From contig NC_043023.1 of NCBI RefSeq assembly GCF_006345805.1, positions 19,840,001-19,904,000 on the forward strand: DNA of 64,000 nt, in the 5' to 3' direction. The notes under the pieces were generated by a model that worked only from the letters and a program-made list of their open reading frames with translations, had not been told where the DNA came from and searched no databases. Every line of letters begins with the position of its first letter. The stretch's first letter is position 1. The translations under genes were made by a program, and so were the position numbers. The DNA is from Octopus sinensis. Taxonomy: Eukaryota. Positions 1 to 11,790 of the stretch are shown in pieces.

Positions 1-423
1 GATTATACTCGAGGATTTACAGTATATTTTATGTGCGTGTCTTTGCATCTATGTTTTTCCCACCACCATCACCACTTGACAACCAACATTGGTCTTTTTA
101 TGCCCCTATGACTTAGTGGTTTGGCAAAGGTGACTGATAGAATGAGTACCAAGCTTTAAAATATAATAAGTACTGGAGTTGATTCATTTGGCTAAAAAGT
201 CCCCTAAGCAGTGCCCCAGCTTGGCCCACCCACTTGTACTCTTGCTTCCTGAAGTGCCACCTGGACACCTCATCACCACTCTGTATCTCCTTGCTGCATT
301 CTCATTCACTCTCTCTCTTTCTCTCACCCACATGTGAGTAGCCATGTAGCTCCTTTGCAACGAAATCTTGTTCCACTCCACCCTCCTTCCTCATGCTGTA
401 ATCCCTCTCCTCCACTTTTAGTT

Positions 424-777
424 AGGCCATGTAGGGGGACATGGAGTTATGTACAGGGTGGTGTTCATGTAAAGAGTTCAGGCCACTTGTGGTCAAAGGA
501 GACTTTGAACCGAGCGGTCGTCGGCATCTTCACCATCTCGTCTGGCAGCTTATTCCACGGATCCGCAACCCGGACGGAGAAAGCCCCTTTCCTTCGATTG
601 AGATGAAATCGTCGCGGATAGAGCTTTTCGGAGTGATCCCGCAGCCGACGCTCTGGAACAGGAGTGAAGAACAGCTCTTTCGAGAGGTTACACTTTCTGC
701 TTATGATGTTGTGAGCAAGAATGAGATCTCCACGGCGGCAGCGTTTTTCTAGAGAATAAAGGTCGAGCGTCTTATAC
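424..777 (-). mobile_element. CR1-like LINE 3' fragment (copy 1)
   Basis: Encodes LYSLEKRCRRGDLILAHNII...WNKLPDEMV...WPELFT; near-identical to 32596-33335. Confidence 0.85.
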
Positions 778-1070
778 ACTGAGGCAGCATCCTCCTTCCC
801 TGGGTCCCTCTCACTTGTGAGTGTGATCCACACAGTGACCTTTATAGAGGAAAGAAGGCACCCAGTCCACACTGTAAAATGGTTGGTGTTAGGGAAGGGC
901 ATCCAACCACAAAAGCAGACAGAAGATCACGAAGCAGTCGCTTCACTCGGTGGATCCTTGTCAAACCATCCAACTCATGACAGTGATGATGATGACCATC
1001 ATCATCATTGCTTAACATCTGCCTTATATATTATATATATATATATATATATGCATATATATAATATGCA

Positions 1071-1478
1071 CAGGAGTGGCTGTGTGGTAATAGTCTTGCT
1101 TACCAACCACATGGTTCCAGGTTCAGTCCCACTGTATGGCACCTTGGGCAAGTGTCTTCTACTATAGCCCCGGGCCGACCAAAGCCTTCTGAGTGGATTT
1201 AGTAGACGGAAACTGAAAGAAGCCTGTGATATATATGTATATACATATATATGTATGTGTGTATATGTTTGTGTGTCTGTGTTTGTCCCCCTAGCATTGC
1301 TTGACAACCAATGCTGGTGTGTTTACGTCCCCGTTACTTAGCAGTTCGGCAAAAGAGACCGATGGAATAAGAACTGGGCTTACAAAAGAATAAGTCCCAG
1401 GGTCGAGTTGCTCGATTAAAGGTGGTGCTCCAGCATGGCCGCAGTCAAATGACTGAAACAAGTAAAAGAGTAAAAGAG
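1071..1478 (+). mobile_element. tRNA-derived SINE family A (octopus OR-like), full-length
   Basis: Head caggagtggctgtgtggtaa...ggttcagtccc (A/B boxes), internal (TA)n, tail ggtgctccagcatggccgcagtcaaatgactgaaac(aagtaaaag)n. Other copies or parts at about 9404, 13770(-), 22095, 22877, 24745, 53606(-), 57758, 61176. Confidence 0.85.
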
Positions 1479-1653
1479 TATATGTTTGTGTGTGTATATA
1501 TATATAATCCTCATCCACTTTCCATGCTGGCATGGGTTATATATATATATATATATATAATATTAATTAGAGACAAAACCACTATTTTGCAAATCAAACA
1601 AGGAAAGACTTAATCAATACATAAAAAAATTTTAATATAAAGTAAATAAATCA

Positions 1654-1697
1654 CCACTACAATTGTTTCCTGTCTTCAAATGACATTCATCAGGTGG
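1654..1697 (-). ncRNA. Minimal type I hammerhead ribozyme fold (family A)
   Basis: Minus strand reads CCAC-CUGAUGA-A-UGUC-auuugaa-GACA-G-GAAAC-AAUU-GUA/GUGG: stem I CCAC/GUGG, intact core, palindromic stem III ACAAUUGU, GUA cleavage triplet. Confidence 0.8.
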
Positions 1698-1941
1698 ATT
1701 TCGTATCTTCTATTCAATTTTAAATTGAGGAATGTCATTTGAAGACAGGAAACAATTGTAGTGGTGATTTATTTACTTTATATTAAAATTTTTTTATGTA
1801 TTGATTAAGTCTTTCCTTGTTTGATTTGCAAAATAGTGGTTTTGTCTCTAATTAATATTATATAATATTTTACTATAAGATTGGATTTAATCCTAAATCT
1901 GATTTTTCCCTGTAAATTTGGATTTATTCCCTAATATTTAT

Positions 1942-1990
<49 letters not shown>

Positions 1991-1993
1991 CAT

Positions 1994-2039
<46 letters not shown>

Positions 2040-2040
2040 C

Positions 2041-2086
<46 letters not shown>

Positions 2087-2300
2087 GGTCCCGGGTTGAT
2101 TCGGGGTTAACCACAGTAAATAAGGTACTCAATACATAGCAGAGTAAAATTAATTTATTATATAGAAGGAGCTTCTACAGGACTAGAACTGTTTCATTCA
2201 AGAGAAATAAGATTTCTCTTGAATGAAACAGTTCTAGTCCTGTAGAAGCTCCTTCTATATAATAAATATATATATATATATATATATATATGCATATCCC

Positions 2301-2612
2301 GTTGTGTCTGGGGAGAGTGATTCTTTTTTGCTGCCTTATAATTTAACACACTCACCATTAAAATTTCCACTTATTTCCTTCAAGTTTCATCGCATCTTGC
2401 AACTTTTCAAAAGAGAGTCAAAGTTATTGAAAAGGTTGCAAGATGCAATGAAAATTTCAGAAAAATAAAGAAGAAAATAACTGGAAATTTTACCGGTGAG
2501 TGTGTTAAATTATAAGGCACAAAAAGGGAATGACCCTCCCCAGACACAACAGAATATGCTTCAACACACGAACTCATATAAAGAATCTTGCAAACCAAAT
2601 CCCAAAACGAAA
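2301..2612. mobile_element. Foldback/MITE-like element
   Basis: Imperfect inverted arms gttgtgtctgggg...ccccagacacaac; second copy at 8651-8892 with the same 3' extension. Confidence 0.65.
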
Positions 2613-2823
2613 TATATATATATCATTGTCATCATCATTGTTTAACGTCCGCTTTCCATGCTAGCATGGGTTGGACGATTTGAGTGAGGTCTGGCAAACC
2701 AGACTCCAATCTGATTTGGCAGAGTTTCTACAGCTGGATGCCCTTCCTAGCACCAACCACTCTGAGAGTGTATTGGGTGCTTTTACATGCCACCGGCACG
2801 AGGGTCAGTCAGGCGCTACTGGC

Positions 2824-2870
<47 letters not shown>

Positions 2871-3129
2871 CTGAACCTGGAACCATGTTGTTGGGAGACA
2901 AGCTTCTTATCACACAGCCACTCCACTTATGTTTAATGGGAACTATATACTTTAGAGCAAAGTGTTAGGTAAATATGGAATGTAATATTAATTAACAAAT
3001 GACAGGAATTACATAATTAACTTCATTAGCTTATGGCTGGTTTTGCTATTAGAAGCAGCACACTCAAGGCTGAGTATTTATGCTACATCCTTTTATCTCT
3101 TTCCTTTGGATCCGGGTTTACACGTGTGT

Positions 3130-3640
3130 GTGTGTGTGAAAATCATTTTGTAGGACAAGGTCCTGGACACAAAGGTCCTCTCTCTAGCTGATCTGCCAAG
3201 CATTATTAACTCACAACTGAGGAAGATGCAAGTCTGGTTGGCAAGCTCCCTTGTTCTAATGCCTGACATGTGACACCCCAAGAGACTAGTTTATAGTGAA
3301 TTGGCAGAAAGCAATTGCTTGCAAAGTGGACAGAAAAAGTGCTTTGAGGATACACACAGGGCTTCATTGAAGATCTTTGAGGTCAACCCTGACACCTGGG
3401 AAACGCAAGGACAAGACTACCTTGTCTGGCAAAGCTGTACCAACAGAGGTGCCACGTTTTATGAACAGAACAAGTGTCAAGGGGTCGAAAGAAAATGCAA
3501 ACTACACAAGTCGAGAACCAACCCCTTGCTTTCAGTCCCAGTAGACCAGCCATGCCTGACCTGCAGCAAAGCTTTCAGGACATGCATCGAACTGATTGGC
3601 CACAGTCTGACCCTGTTTTTTTCTCCTATGTGATGTCTTT
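3130..3640 (+). mobile_element. RTE-clade LINE ORF2 C-terminal relic
   Basis: Degenerate PKRLVYSELA..GQKKCFEDTHRASLK..NPDTWE..CLTCSKAFR..LIGH, matching the RTE/BovB-type C-terminus with its C2H2-like end. Confidence 0.7.
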
Positions 3641-4466
3641 AGTCAGTGTCAACAATGACCAACAAATAATCCTTAGGGCACCAAATAGGAGTAGATTGCC
3701 TTGTAGTTTTGATACTGACTCTCCAGCTCTGAGTTCAATTCCCATTGACATCAGTTTTGCCTTTCATCTTTATGGGGGACACCAATAATGGGGCCAAGTC
3801 TTCTCTCTCTCACTTGCTCTCTTACTATCTTCTCCCCCCCCATCGGAAATCAACTGGGTTCAGAAATTGAGAAGAACAGGTTCTGCTCTGACAATATCCA
3901 AGACATGATGCCTGTGTCAATGGGGTTCCTTGACTTCTGATGGAGTCAAGGGTCTAACGTAATATATTAATACTACCACCAACACCATCATACCACTCCA
4001 CCCACACCACCACCACCACCACCACCACACTGTTGTTCTCCATCATTCCATTGAGTCTCTATGCGGTTGCTTACCTGCTAGAAATAGCAGCCAAAATCCA
4101 CATCAAGTGTTGAAGATTGAAGGTTGGCAACTTTTTCTATAAATTCATGTCAGATTCTGTGGTTCTGGGAACCCTGTACATTAGATAAAATGTAGTCTTA
4201 TATACACTATGTCTGAATAAAAGATGGGATGGTCACATCTGGAACGTCTTTGATCATAGGTCTGTCTGGATTAAGACAATAGCCACTAATTCGATACTAT
4301 TTCGATAAAGCCATGTAAGATAATGTGGTTCTGGGCACCTTGTGCATTAGATATTGTACTCCTAGATACACGATGTCTGAATAAAAGATGGGATGGTCAC
4401 AGATGGAGCGTTTTTGATCGTAAGTCTCCCTGCTAGATCAGGACTGACCTGGGGCGAAGACAATTG

Positions 4467-4467
<1 letters not shown>

Positions 4468-4500
<33 letters not shown>

Positions 4501-5640
4501 ACTCAAACAACTGTCAGCCTAGTTTCTAGAATTCCATGGAGTAAAAGTACCACCACCACCACTACCACCACCACTGCTACCACTACCACCACTGCTACCA
4601 CCACTACCACCACTACTACCACCACCACTACCACCACCATCACTACCACCACCACCACTACCACCACCACCACTACCACCACTACTACCACCACCACTAC
4701 CACCACCATCACTACCACCACCACCACCACCACCACTGCTACTACCACCGCCACCACCACGACTGTTACTGCCACCACCGCTGCTACTACTACTACTACG
4801 TCATCATCATCATCAAAAATATCAGTTTTTTTCCCTCTTTAATTCTTTTCCAGAATGTTCCACGTCGTAAAACAAAAACAAAAAAAAGCTTCCACCGCCA
4901 CCACCATCATCATCGTCGCCACCACCACCATCGCCACCATCATCGTCATCATCGTCGTCGTAATCGTCACCACCGCCACCACCGCCACCATCATCATCAT
5001 CATCATCTAAAACGTCAGCATCGTATTCCATGTATAAATACCACCACCACCACCACCACTACTGTTACTTCTATCAGTCTACTGTCTGTACTATTACAAC
5101 TGCTACTACCACCCTTCCCCCCTCCTTCCTCACAGACGCTAACATCATCATCAGCATCATTTACATTACCGCCATCGTAGCCGTGCCTCCACCCTCACTC
5201 TTACCGCTATTCCTCCTCCCCTTCTACGACTACTTCACCTTTCGCCACCACCACCACCACCGCAACCTCCAGCAGTCAGTCTCTCCTCCTCCTCCTCCCC
5301 CCTCTCAGTGAGACACAACAGATATGTCTGACATCTTAAATATATCAAGACAGCTCCTCCTACCACTCTTTCTGCCTCTACTATTACTATTACCACCGTA
5401 CATCACTATTGCTACTCCTACCACTATTATTTTTCTCTACTACTACTACTACCACCTCTGCAAAGCCACTGTTGTTGTCTACTATTACTACTACCATCAA
5501 TGGCACCATCACCACTACTACTACTCCTACCACTATTGTTACCTCTACTATTACTACTACCATCAATGGCACCATCACCACTACTACTACTCCTACCACT
5601 ATTGTTACCTCTACTATTACTACTACCACCACTGCACTGA
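4468..5640. repeat. (ACC/ACT/CAT)n low-complexity trinucleotide region
   Basis: Long runs of acc/act/cat with short internal duplications; accounts for the poly-T/V/H ORFs. Confidence 0.9.
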
Positions 5641-8027
5641 ACGAGACTGTGTACATGTGGCTCGATCTGCTAGAAACAGCAGCCGAATCTCCCCTACGGC
5701 TTCCACCCACCTTACCACAGCCGCCGCCGAGGTAGACAGTGCCCGAGGGTGAAGAAAGAAGCGGCTGGTCACGTTTGGAAAGTGCTGTGATCGTAGTCCT
5801 GCTCAGCCAGGCCTGACTTGGGGTTAAACATTACTATAGTACTACTACTAGACTAGAGAAAGTGTAGGCTGTTTCCGGGCTGCTGGAAATAGCAGCTAAG
5901 TCTCCCGTTTTATTGCCTCATTGTCTGAAAATACATACATACATATATATATATATAATCAACAAAAAACTCCAGAGAAGGTGGTCATGGCTGGAAAGCC
6001 TTTCTAATCCTCGTCTCACTACCATGATTACTACTACTACTCCTCCTCCTACTACTACTATTGTATCACAGAGGTGGTAGCAGACTTCCCTCTCCCCCTC
6101 CAGTTATTCCCTCTGCCTCCCCTTCCTCCTCCTACTACTTATTACGTGGTCGGTTGCGCCTGCTAGAAGTAGCAGCCAAAAACCAAGAAAGAAACGAAGG
6201 ATATCTCCGTCGTCCTCTCCTCTTTGGGATGGTCGCTTTTGGAACCGCTTTTGATCGTAAATAGAATAACAACCGTCTGCTTACGCTGCAGTATCAATGT
6301 CTGCGTGACAACCACCACCAGTACTGGCGCTTATACCAACGTAAACACGACTACTACAGCTGTACTACATCATCTACTACTACTACCACCTCTACAACAC
6401 TTGACAAATACCACCGCCACAATCACACATACCCTGCTACAGCATACACTATAACACCTACTACCACGAGTACTATAGCACATACTACAACTGTAATTCA
6501 TTAAGGCACACCATATACTACTACTACTACTACTACACTGCAGCTGTTGGTATACTACAACGTATACTGCTACACCGGAACTAACCACTTTAAACTTACT
6601 ACCCTCTACTACATGTGTCGTAGCTTTCATGTTTCACCACCAACACTACCCCACCACCACCGCTACTACCTCCGAAGCCGTTACTAACACTACTACCGCT
6701 TCTGCTACTACCCATACCAACATTTCTACTGCTACTACAACCCCCACTGTATTGTTTCTGTCCCACCCACACATTCGCGCTCTGTGACTAACAACCTCTC
6801 TAGAAACACCACTACTACCGCCTATACTAGTACCACTACCGACACTACACTACTCCCGCCAATACCTTCGCTGCTACTACTTCAGGATTAAAAAAAACAA
6901 CGGTGTAGCTTAGTACATAGTATAGCTGTTGTGTCTGCAGTCACCACATTGTACTAGCACCAACACCACTACAAACACACCGCTACTGTTACCACTGCTA
7001 TACTGCGACTCATACTGTAACAGAGTTCTGTGTGGATTTACCTGTGACCATCACCACTGAAAGGATTGTATTGACATCATCACCACAACCACTGCTACTA
7101 TCACCTCTGCTTTGCTGCAGCACATACTGTCATTACCACTACTGCTACTACAGTAGCTGCTGCAGTGTGGACGACCCATCTGTGACCATCCTTCCATAAA
7201 ACGGACAACATTACTACTACCACTACTACTACTTCTACAGTGTGGACAGTCCAGCTGTGACCACCACTCCATAGAAAGGACCACTCGATTCCGTAACCTT
7301 AACTGCGATATGTTGAACCTGGTTTTCTGTAAGTATTGTTGCTGCTGGTGTTTGTGTGGTAGTATGAGGGGTAGTGTGAAAGTGTGGTGGTTTGTGTGGT
7401 AGTATGAGGGGTAGTGTGAAAGTGTGGTGGTTTGTGTGGTAGTATGTAGGTGGTTGTAGTTGATGTGATGGTTGTGTTGTGGTTGATGTGCCAGCGTGAT
7501 GTTTCTCTGTTCCATAAACGGTGTAGCTTAGTACATAGTATAGCTGTTGTGTTGTCTGCAGTCACCACATTGTACTAGCACCAACACCACTACCAACACA
7601 CCGCTACTGTTACCACTGCTATACTGTAATAGAGTTCTGTTTGGATTTACCTGTGACCATCACCACTGAAAGGATTGTATTGACATCATCACCACAACCT
7701 CTGCTTCTCTCTTCCATAAACATCAATTTCTTGTTGCTATTTAACCCTGAGCAGGTTCACATCAGGTGCTTCTGTGATCACATATTCCTGCCACAACCAT
7801 CACTTATACATACGTACACACACACACATACTTGTATATATATACACATATCTATATGTCTATATCTGTCTGTCTGTCTATATATGTGTGTGTGTATATA
7901 TATATATATAAAGAGAGAGAGAGGGGTTGATATATGCATGTGTGTGTGTCTACATCTACACGTATGTGTAAAGATTTGAGTATCCATGTGTGTATATGTA
8001 TACACACACATGTACATATATGTCTGC

Positions 8028-8066
<39 letters not shown>

Positions 8067-8186
8067 TGTGTGTGTTGTAAACGTAGTCTCGAAACGTAGC
8101 AGACTTTCTCACCTTCCCAAGCGTTAAATTAATTCACCTGTTTGTTGTGTATACACCTGTCTTAGTCTTGTTTTTTTCTAAATTCC

Positions 8187-8217
<31 letters not shown>

Positions 8218-8320
8218 CCGGAGTAAACACATAAATGTGAAACAAGGTGGAAAAAAGAGTACTCAAATACCAGAGGTAGAGTAATATGCTTATTTAAAGC
8301 AGCAGAAAATTCCACAAAAC

Positions 8321-8358
8321 CTGTTACTCGGAGTTTCCCGTTGCCATTCATCGGACAG
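8321..8358 (-). ncRNA. Variant minimal type I hammerhead fold (family C)
   Basis: CUGU-CCGAUGA-A-UG-GCAA-CG-G-GAAACUC-C-GAGUA/ACAG; core is CCGAUGA rather than CUGAUGA; 2-bp stem II with a GNRA loop. Confidence 0.6.
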
Positions 8359-8907
8359 TTTTTCTACCAAAAACTGTCCGACGAACGGCAACGCGAAACT
8401 CAAAGTATATATGTATATATACATATATATGTAGGCGTGGGCATGGCTGTGTGGTTAGGGAGCTTGCTTCCTAGCTACATGGTTTTGGGTTCAGTCCCAC
8501 TGCGTGGCACTTTAGGTAGGTGTCTTCCACTATAGCCCTGAGCTGACCGGAGCTTTGTGATTGGATTCGGTAGGTGGAAGTTACTGCTGTGTGTGTATAG
8601 CTGCTCAGTGCCTCTCCGAAAGAGAGAGAGAGGGGATATATATATATATTCTGTTGTGTCTGGGGAAAAGACGTTTTCTTTTTCTTTCTTGTAATCTAAC
8701 AGACTCACCGGTAAAAATTCTACTTATTTTTATTTTTCCTAAAATTTTCCTGGAATAAATGGAAATCTTACGAGTGAGTCTGTTAGATTACGAGGCACAA
8801 AAAGAGAATGACTCTCCCCAGACACAACAGAAAAATGCTTCAACACACGAACCCACATCAAGAATCTTGCAAACCAAATCCCAAAATGAAATGTGTGTGT
8901 GTGTGTG

Positions 8908-9240
8908 AAGGCGCATGGCTCAGTGGTTAGAGCGTCGAATTTACGACAGTGAGGTAGTGAGTTCGAATCCCAGACCGGGCTGCGTGTTGTGCTCTTGAGC
9001 AAGACACTTTATTTCACGTTGCTCCAGTTCACTCAGCTGTAGAAGTGAATTGTGATGTCTCTGGTGCCAAGCTGTATCGGACCCTTTGCCTTTCCCTTGG
9101 ATAACATCGGTGGTGTGGAAAGGAGGGGAGGCCGGTATGCATGGGTGACTGGTGGCCTTCCATAAACAACCTTGCCTGCACTTGTGCCTGGGAGGGTAAC
9201 TTTCTAGGTGCAATGCCATGGTCATTTGTCACTAAAGACG
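8908..9240 (+). mobile_element. tRNA-derived SINE family B
   Basis: Head gcatggctcagtggttagagc...gagttcgaatccc (A/B boxes) then ttgagcaagacac body; copies at 16431-16760, 20050-20380, partial 11140, 17935, 18863. Confidence 0.8.
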
Positions 9241-9514
9241 GTCTCCAATATATATATATATATGTGTGTGTGTGGGTGTGTTTATATATTTGTGTATATT
9301 ATGGTAAACGTTTCTAGAAAGTTCTTTTTGGTATGGAGAAATAAATTTAGAAAATTTAATGTTCTTTATCACACACATGTATGTGTGTATGTATATATAT
9401 ATAGGCGCAGGAGTGGCTGTGTGGTAAGTAGCTTGTTTACCAGCCACATGGTTCTGGGTTCAGTCCCACTGCGTGACATCTTGGGCAAGTGTCTTCTACT
9501 ATAGCCCCGGGCCG

Positions 9515-9550
<36 letters not shown>

Positions 9551-9565
9551 TTATTATATAGAAGG

Positions 9566-9616
9566 AGCTTCTACAGGACTAGAACTGTTTCATTCAAGAG
9601 AAATCTTCAGGAAGCT
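9566..9616 (-). ncRNA. Type I hammerhead ribozyme fold (family B)
   Basis: AGCUUC-CUGAAGA-U-UUC-ucuu-GAA-U-GAAACAG-uucuaguc-CUGUA/GAAGCU: 6-bp stem I, 4-bp stem III, GUA cleavage triplet. Confidence 0.82.
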
Positions 9617-9844
9617 AGTTAACAAGAATTGTATTGGCATTTATACATTTAGGCAGGTTTAAAGGGGTGGTGGTGGGGACTTTTTTGGGGGTAGGCATAG
9701 CGCAAAAAAATCATACTGGGGGAGTGGTCAAGGAGTCAGTGGTAAATTAGATAGAAGAATAAATAAAAGAATAAAAAAAGAATAAAAAAGTATAAAATTA
9801 TATAGAAGAATAGAGTTTTAGGTAAATAAGGAAATTCTCAACAC

Positions 9845-9892
<48 letters not shown>

Positions 9893-10231
9893 CATACATA
9901 CACATATACATGCATATACATATACACACACACATGTATATATACACACACACGACCACACATACACATACACACAAAAAAATATATACATACACACACA
10001 TACACATACTCACATACACACACATATCCACATACACACATGCACACACAACACACAAGTCCCTATATACTCATATATACATATACACATATATGTATGC
10101 ATACACACACACATAAACAGTTCTAGTCCTGTAGAAGCTCCTTCTATATAATAAATTAATTTTACTCTGCTATGTATTGAGTACCTTATTTACTGTGGTT
10201 AACCCCGAATCAACCCGGGACCTACATATAC

Positions 10232-10267
<36 letters not shown>

Positions 10268-11290
10268 GCACACTCATATATGCATGTATATACACACATA
10301 CACATGTATATATATGTGTGTGTGTTTGTGTATATATGTATATATACATATATTTATGTGTGTATATATATATATACACGCACGCATACACCCCCTTTCC
10401 CCCCACATCTATGTAAAGAAATCAATGTCTGCTAACATCCCAGTGTGTTCCCTAGTTTACATTTGACTGTTGTTGTTCTCGTTGTTTAACCCCAGGCCAG
10501 GGTCTGATGGAGCAGTGAGTCCCCTCTTATGGGGGCACAAGTCACACCTCTTTCCCCCCAACCCCCCCAGCCACACCCTGCGTGCACCTAACCGAGGACC
10601 ATACTGCACACTTAGCAATGCAGCGATGACTTGTTCACGGTGCAGCATCATGCTCCAGATGCGTTGCACTCTCTCAACTGTCTCCTGTCTGTCTCTCTGC
10701 TCCTGCAGAAGCCGTGCACAATCCAAGATGCAGTAACGATTCATGTGTTGCAGCTAATTGCCTGGACGTATTGCAGTTTCCTCTATTGACCGACTGACCA
10801 GTCTATTTCCGTACCCCTGCAGACACTAATGCATGGATGGGGGTCGTTGGTGGTGCAGTGTTACAGTTTCCACATCCTGCACTCTCTCTGCTCTCTTAAA
10901 TCCATCCATGCCGCACACTTTGTGATGCAGCGATGACATCCTGGTGCACTGTTTTGTGTTTTAGTCACTTGACTACGGCCATACTGGAGCACCACCTTGA
11001 TGGAAATTTTGTTTTTTACCTGCATCAATTGCCTCCAGTATTTATTTTCTAAAGCCTGTTACATATTAAATTGGTCGCGTTTGGCAAACTGCTAAGTTAT
11101 GGGGATGTAAACACACCAACATTGGTTGGTGTGGAGGTGCATAGCTTAGTGGTTAGAGTGTTGGATTAATGATCATAAGATTGCGGTTTTGATTCCTGGA
11201 CCAGGGAAGGCATTGTCTTCTTGAGCAAGACACTTCATTTCTTGTTCCTCCAGTCCACTCAGTTGGCAAGAATGAGTCATCCTGAGAATC

Positions 11291-11790
11291 GTTACGTTCT
11301 GAGTTCAAATTCAGCCGAGGTCAACTTTGCCTTTCTATCCTTGTGGGGTCGATTAAATAAGTACCAGTTACGCACTGGGGTCGATATAATCGACTTAATC
11401 CGTTTGTCTGTCCTCCCTGTGTTTAGCCCCTTATGGGTAGTAAAGAAATAGGTATTTCATCTGCCGCTACGTTCTGAGTTCAAATTCCATCGAGGTCGAC
11501 TTTGCCTTTCTATTTTTTTGGGGTCGATTAGATAAGTACCAGTTATGCACTGGTGTCGATATAATCGATTTAATCCGTTTGTCTGTCCTTGTTTGTCCCC
11601 TCTGTGTTTAGCCCCTTGTGGGCAGTAAAGAAATAGGTATTTTGTCTGCCGTTACGTTGTGAGTTCAAATTCTGCCGAGGTCAACTTTGCCTTTCATCCT
11701 TTCTGGGTTGATAAAATAAGTCCCTGGCAAGTACTGGGGTTGAGTTAATCAACTAACCCCTGCCCACTAAAATTTCAGGCCTTGTACCTA
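11291..11790 (+). repeat. Three tandem copies (about 180 bp) of a SINE-like body (family D)
   Basis: acgttctgagttcaaattc...gtcaactttgcctttc recurs near 11294, 11469 and 11654; dispersed copies at 18213-18420, 58625-58760, 59660-59860. Confidence 0.75.

Noticed and set aside
4393-5752. Mucin-like Thr-rich ORFs, one with a signal-peptide-like start (5409)
   Set aside because: Trinucleotide low-complexity DNA open in several frames on both strands, with no splice or homology support.
8088-8106. ctc-GAAACGTA-gcagac, 3' half of a hammerhead
   Set aside because: The 5' core is absent (replaced by microsatellite). Counted only as a truncated relic.
8908-8980. tRNA-like sequences with A and B boxes (also 1071, 16431, 18863 and others)
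   Set aside because: They continue into shared SINE bodies and do not close a cloverleaf acceptor stem, so they are SINE heads rather than tRNA genes.
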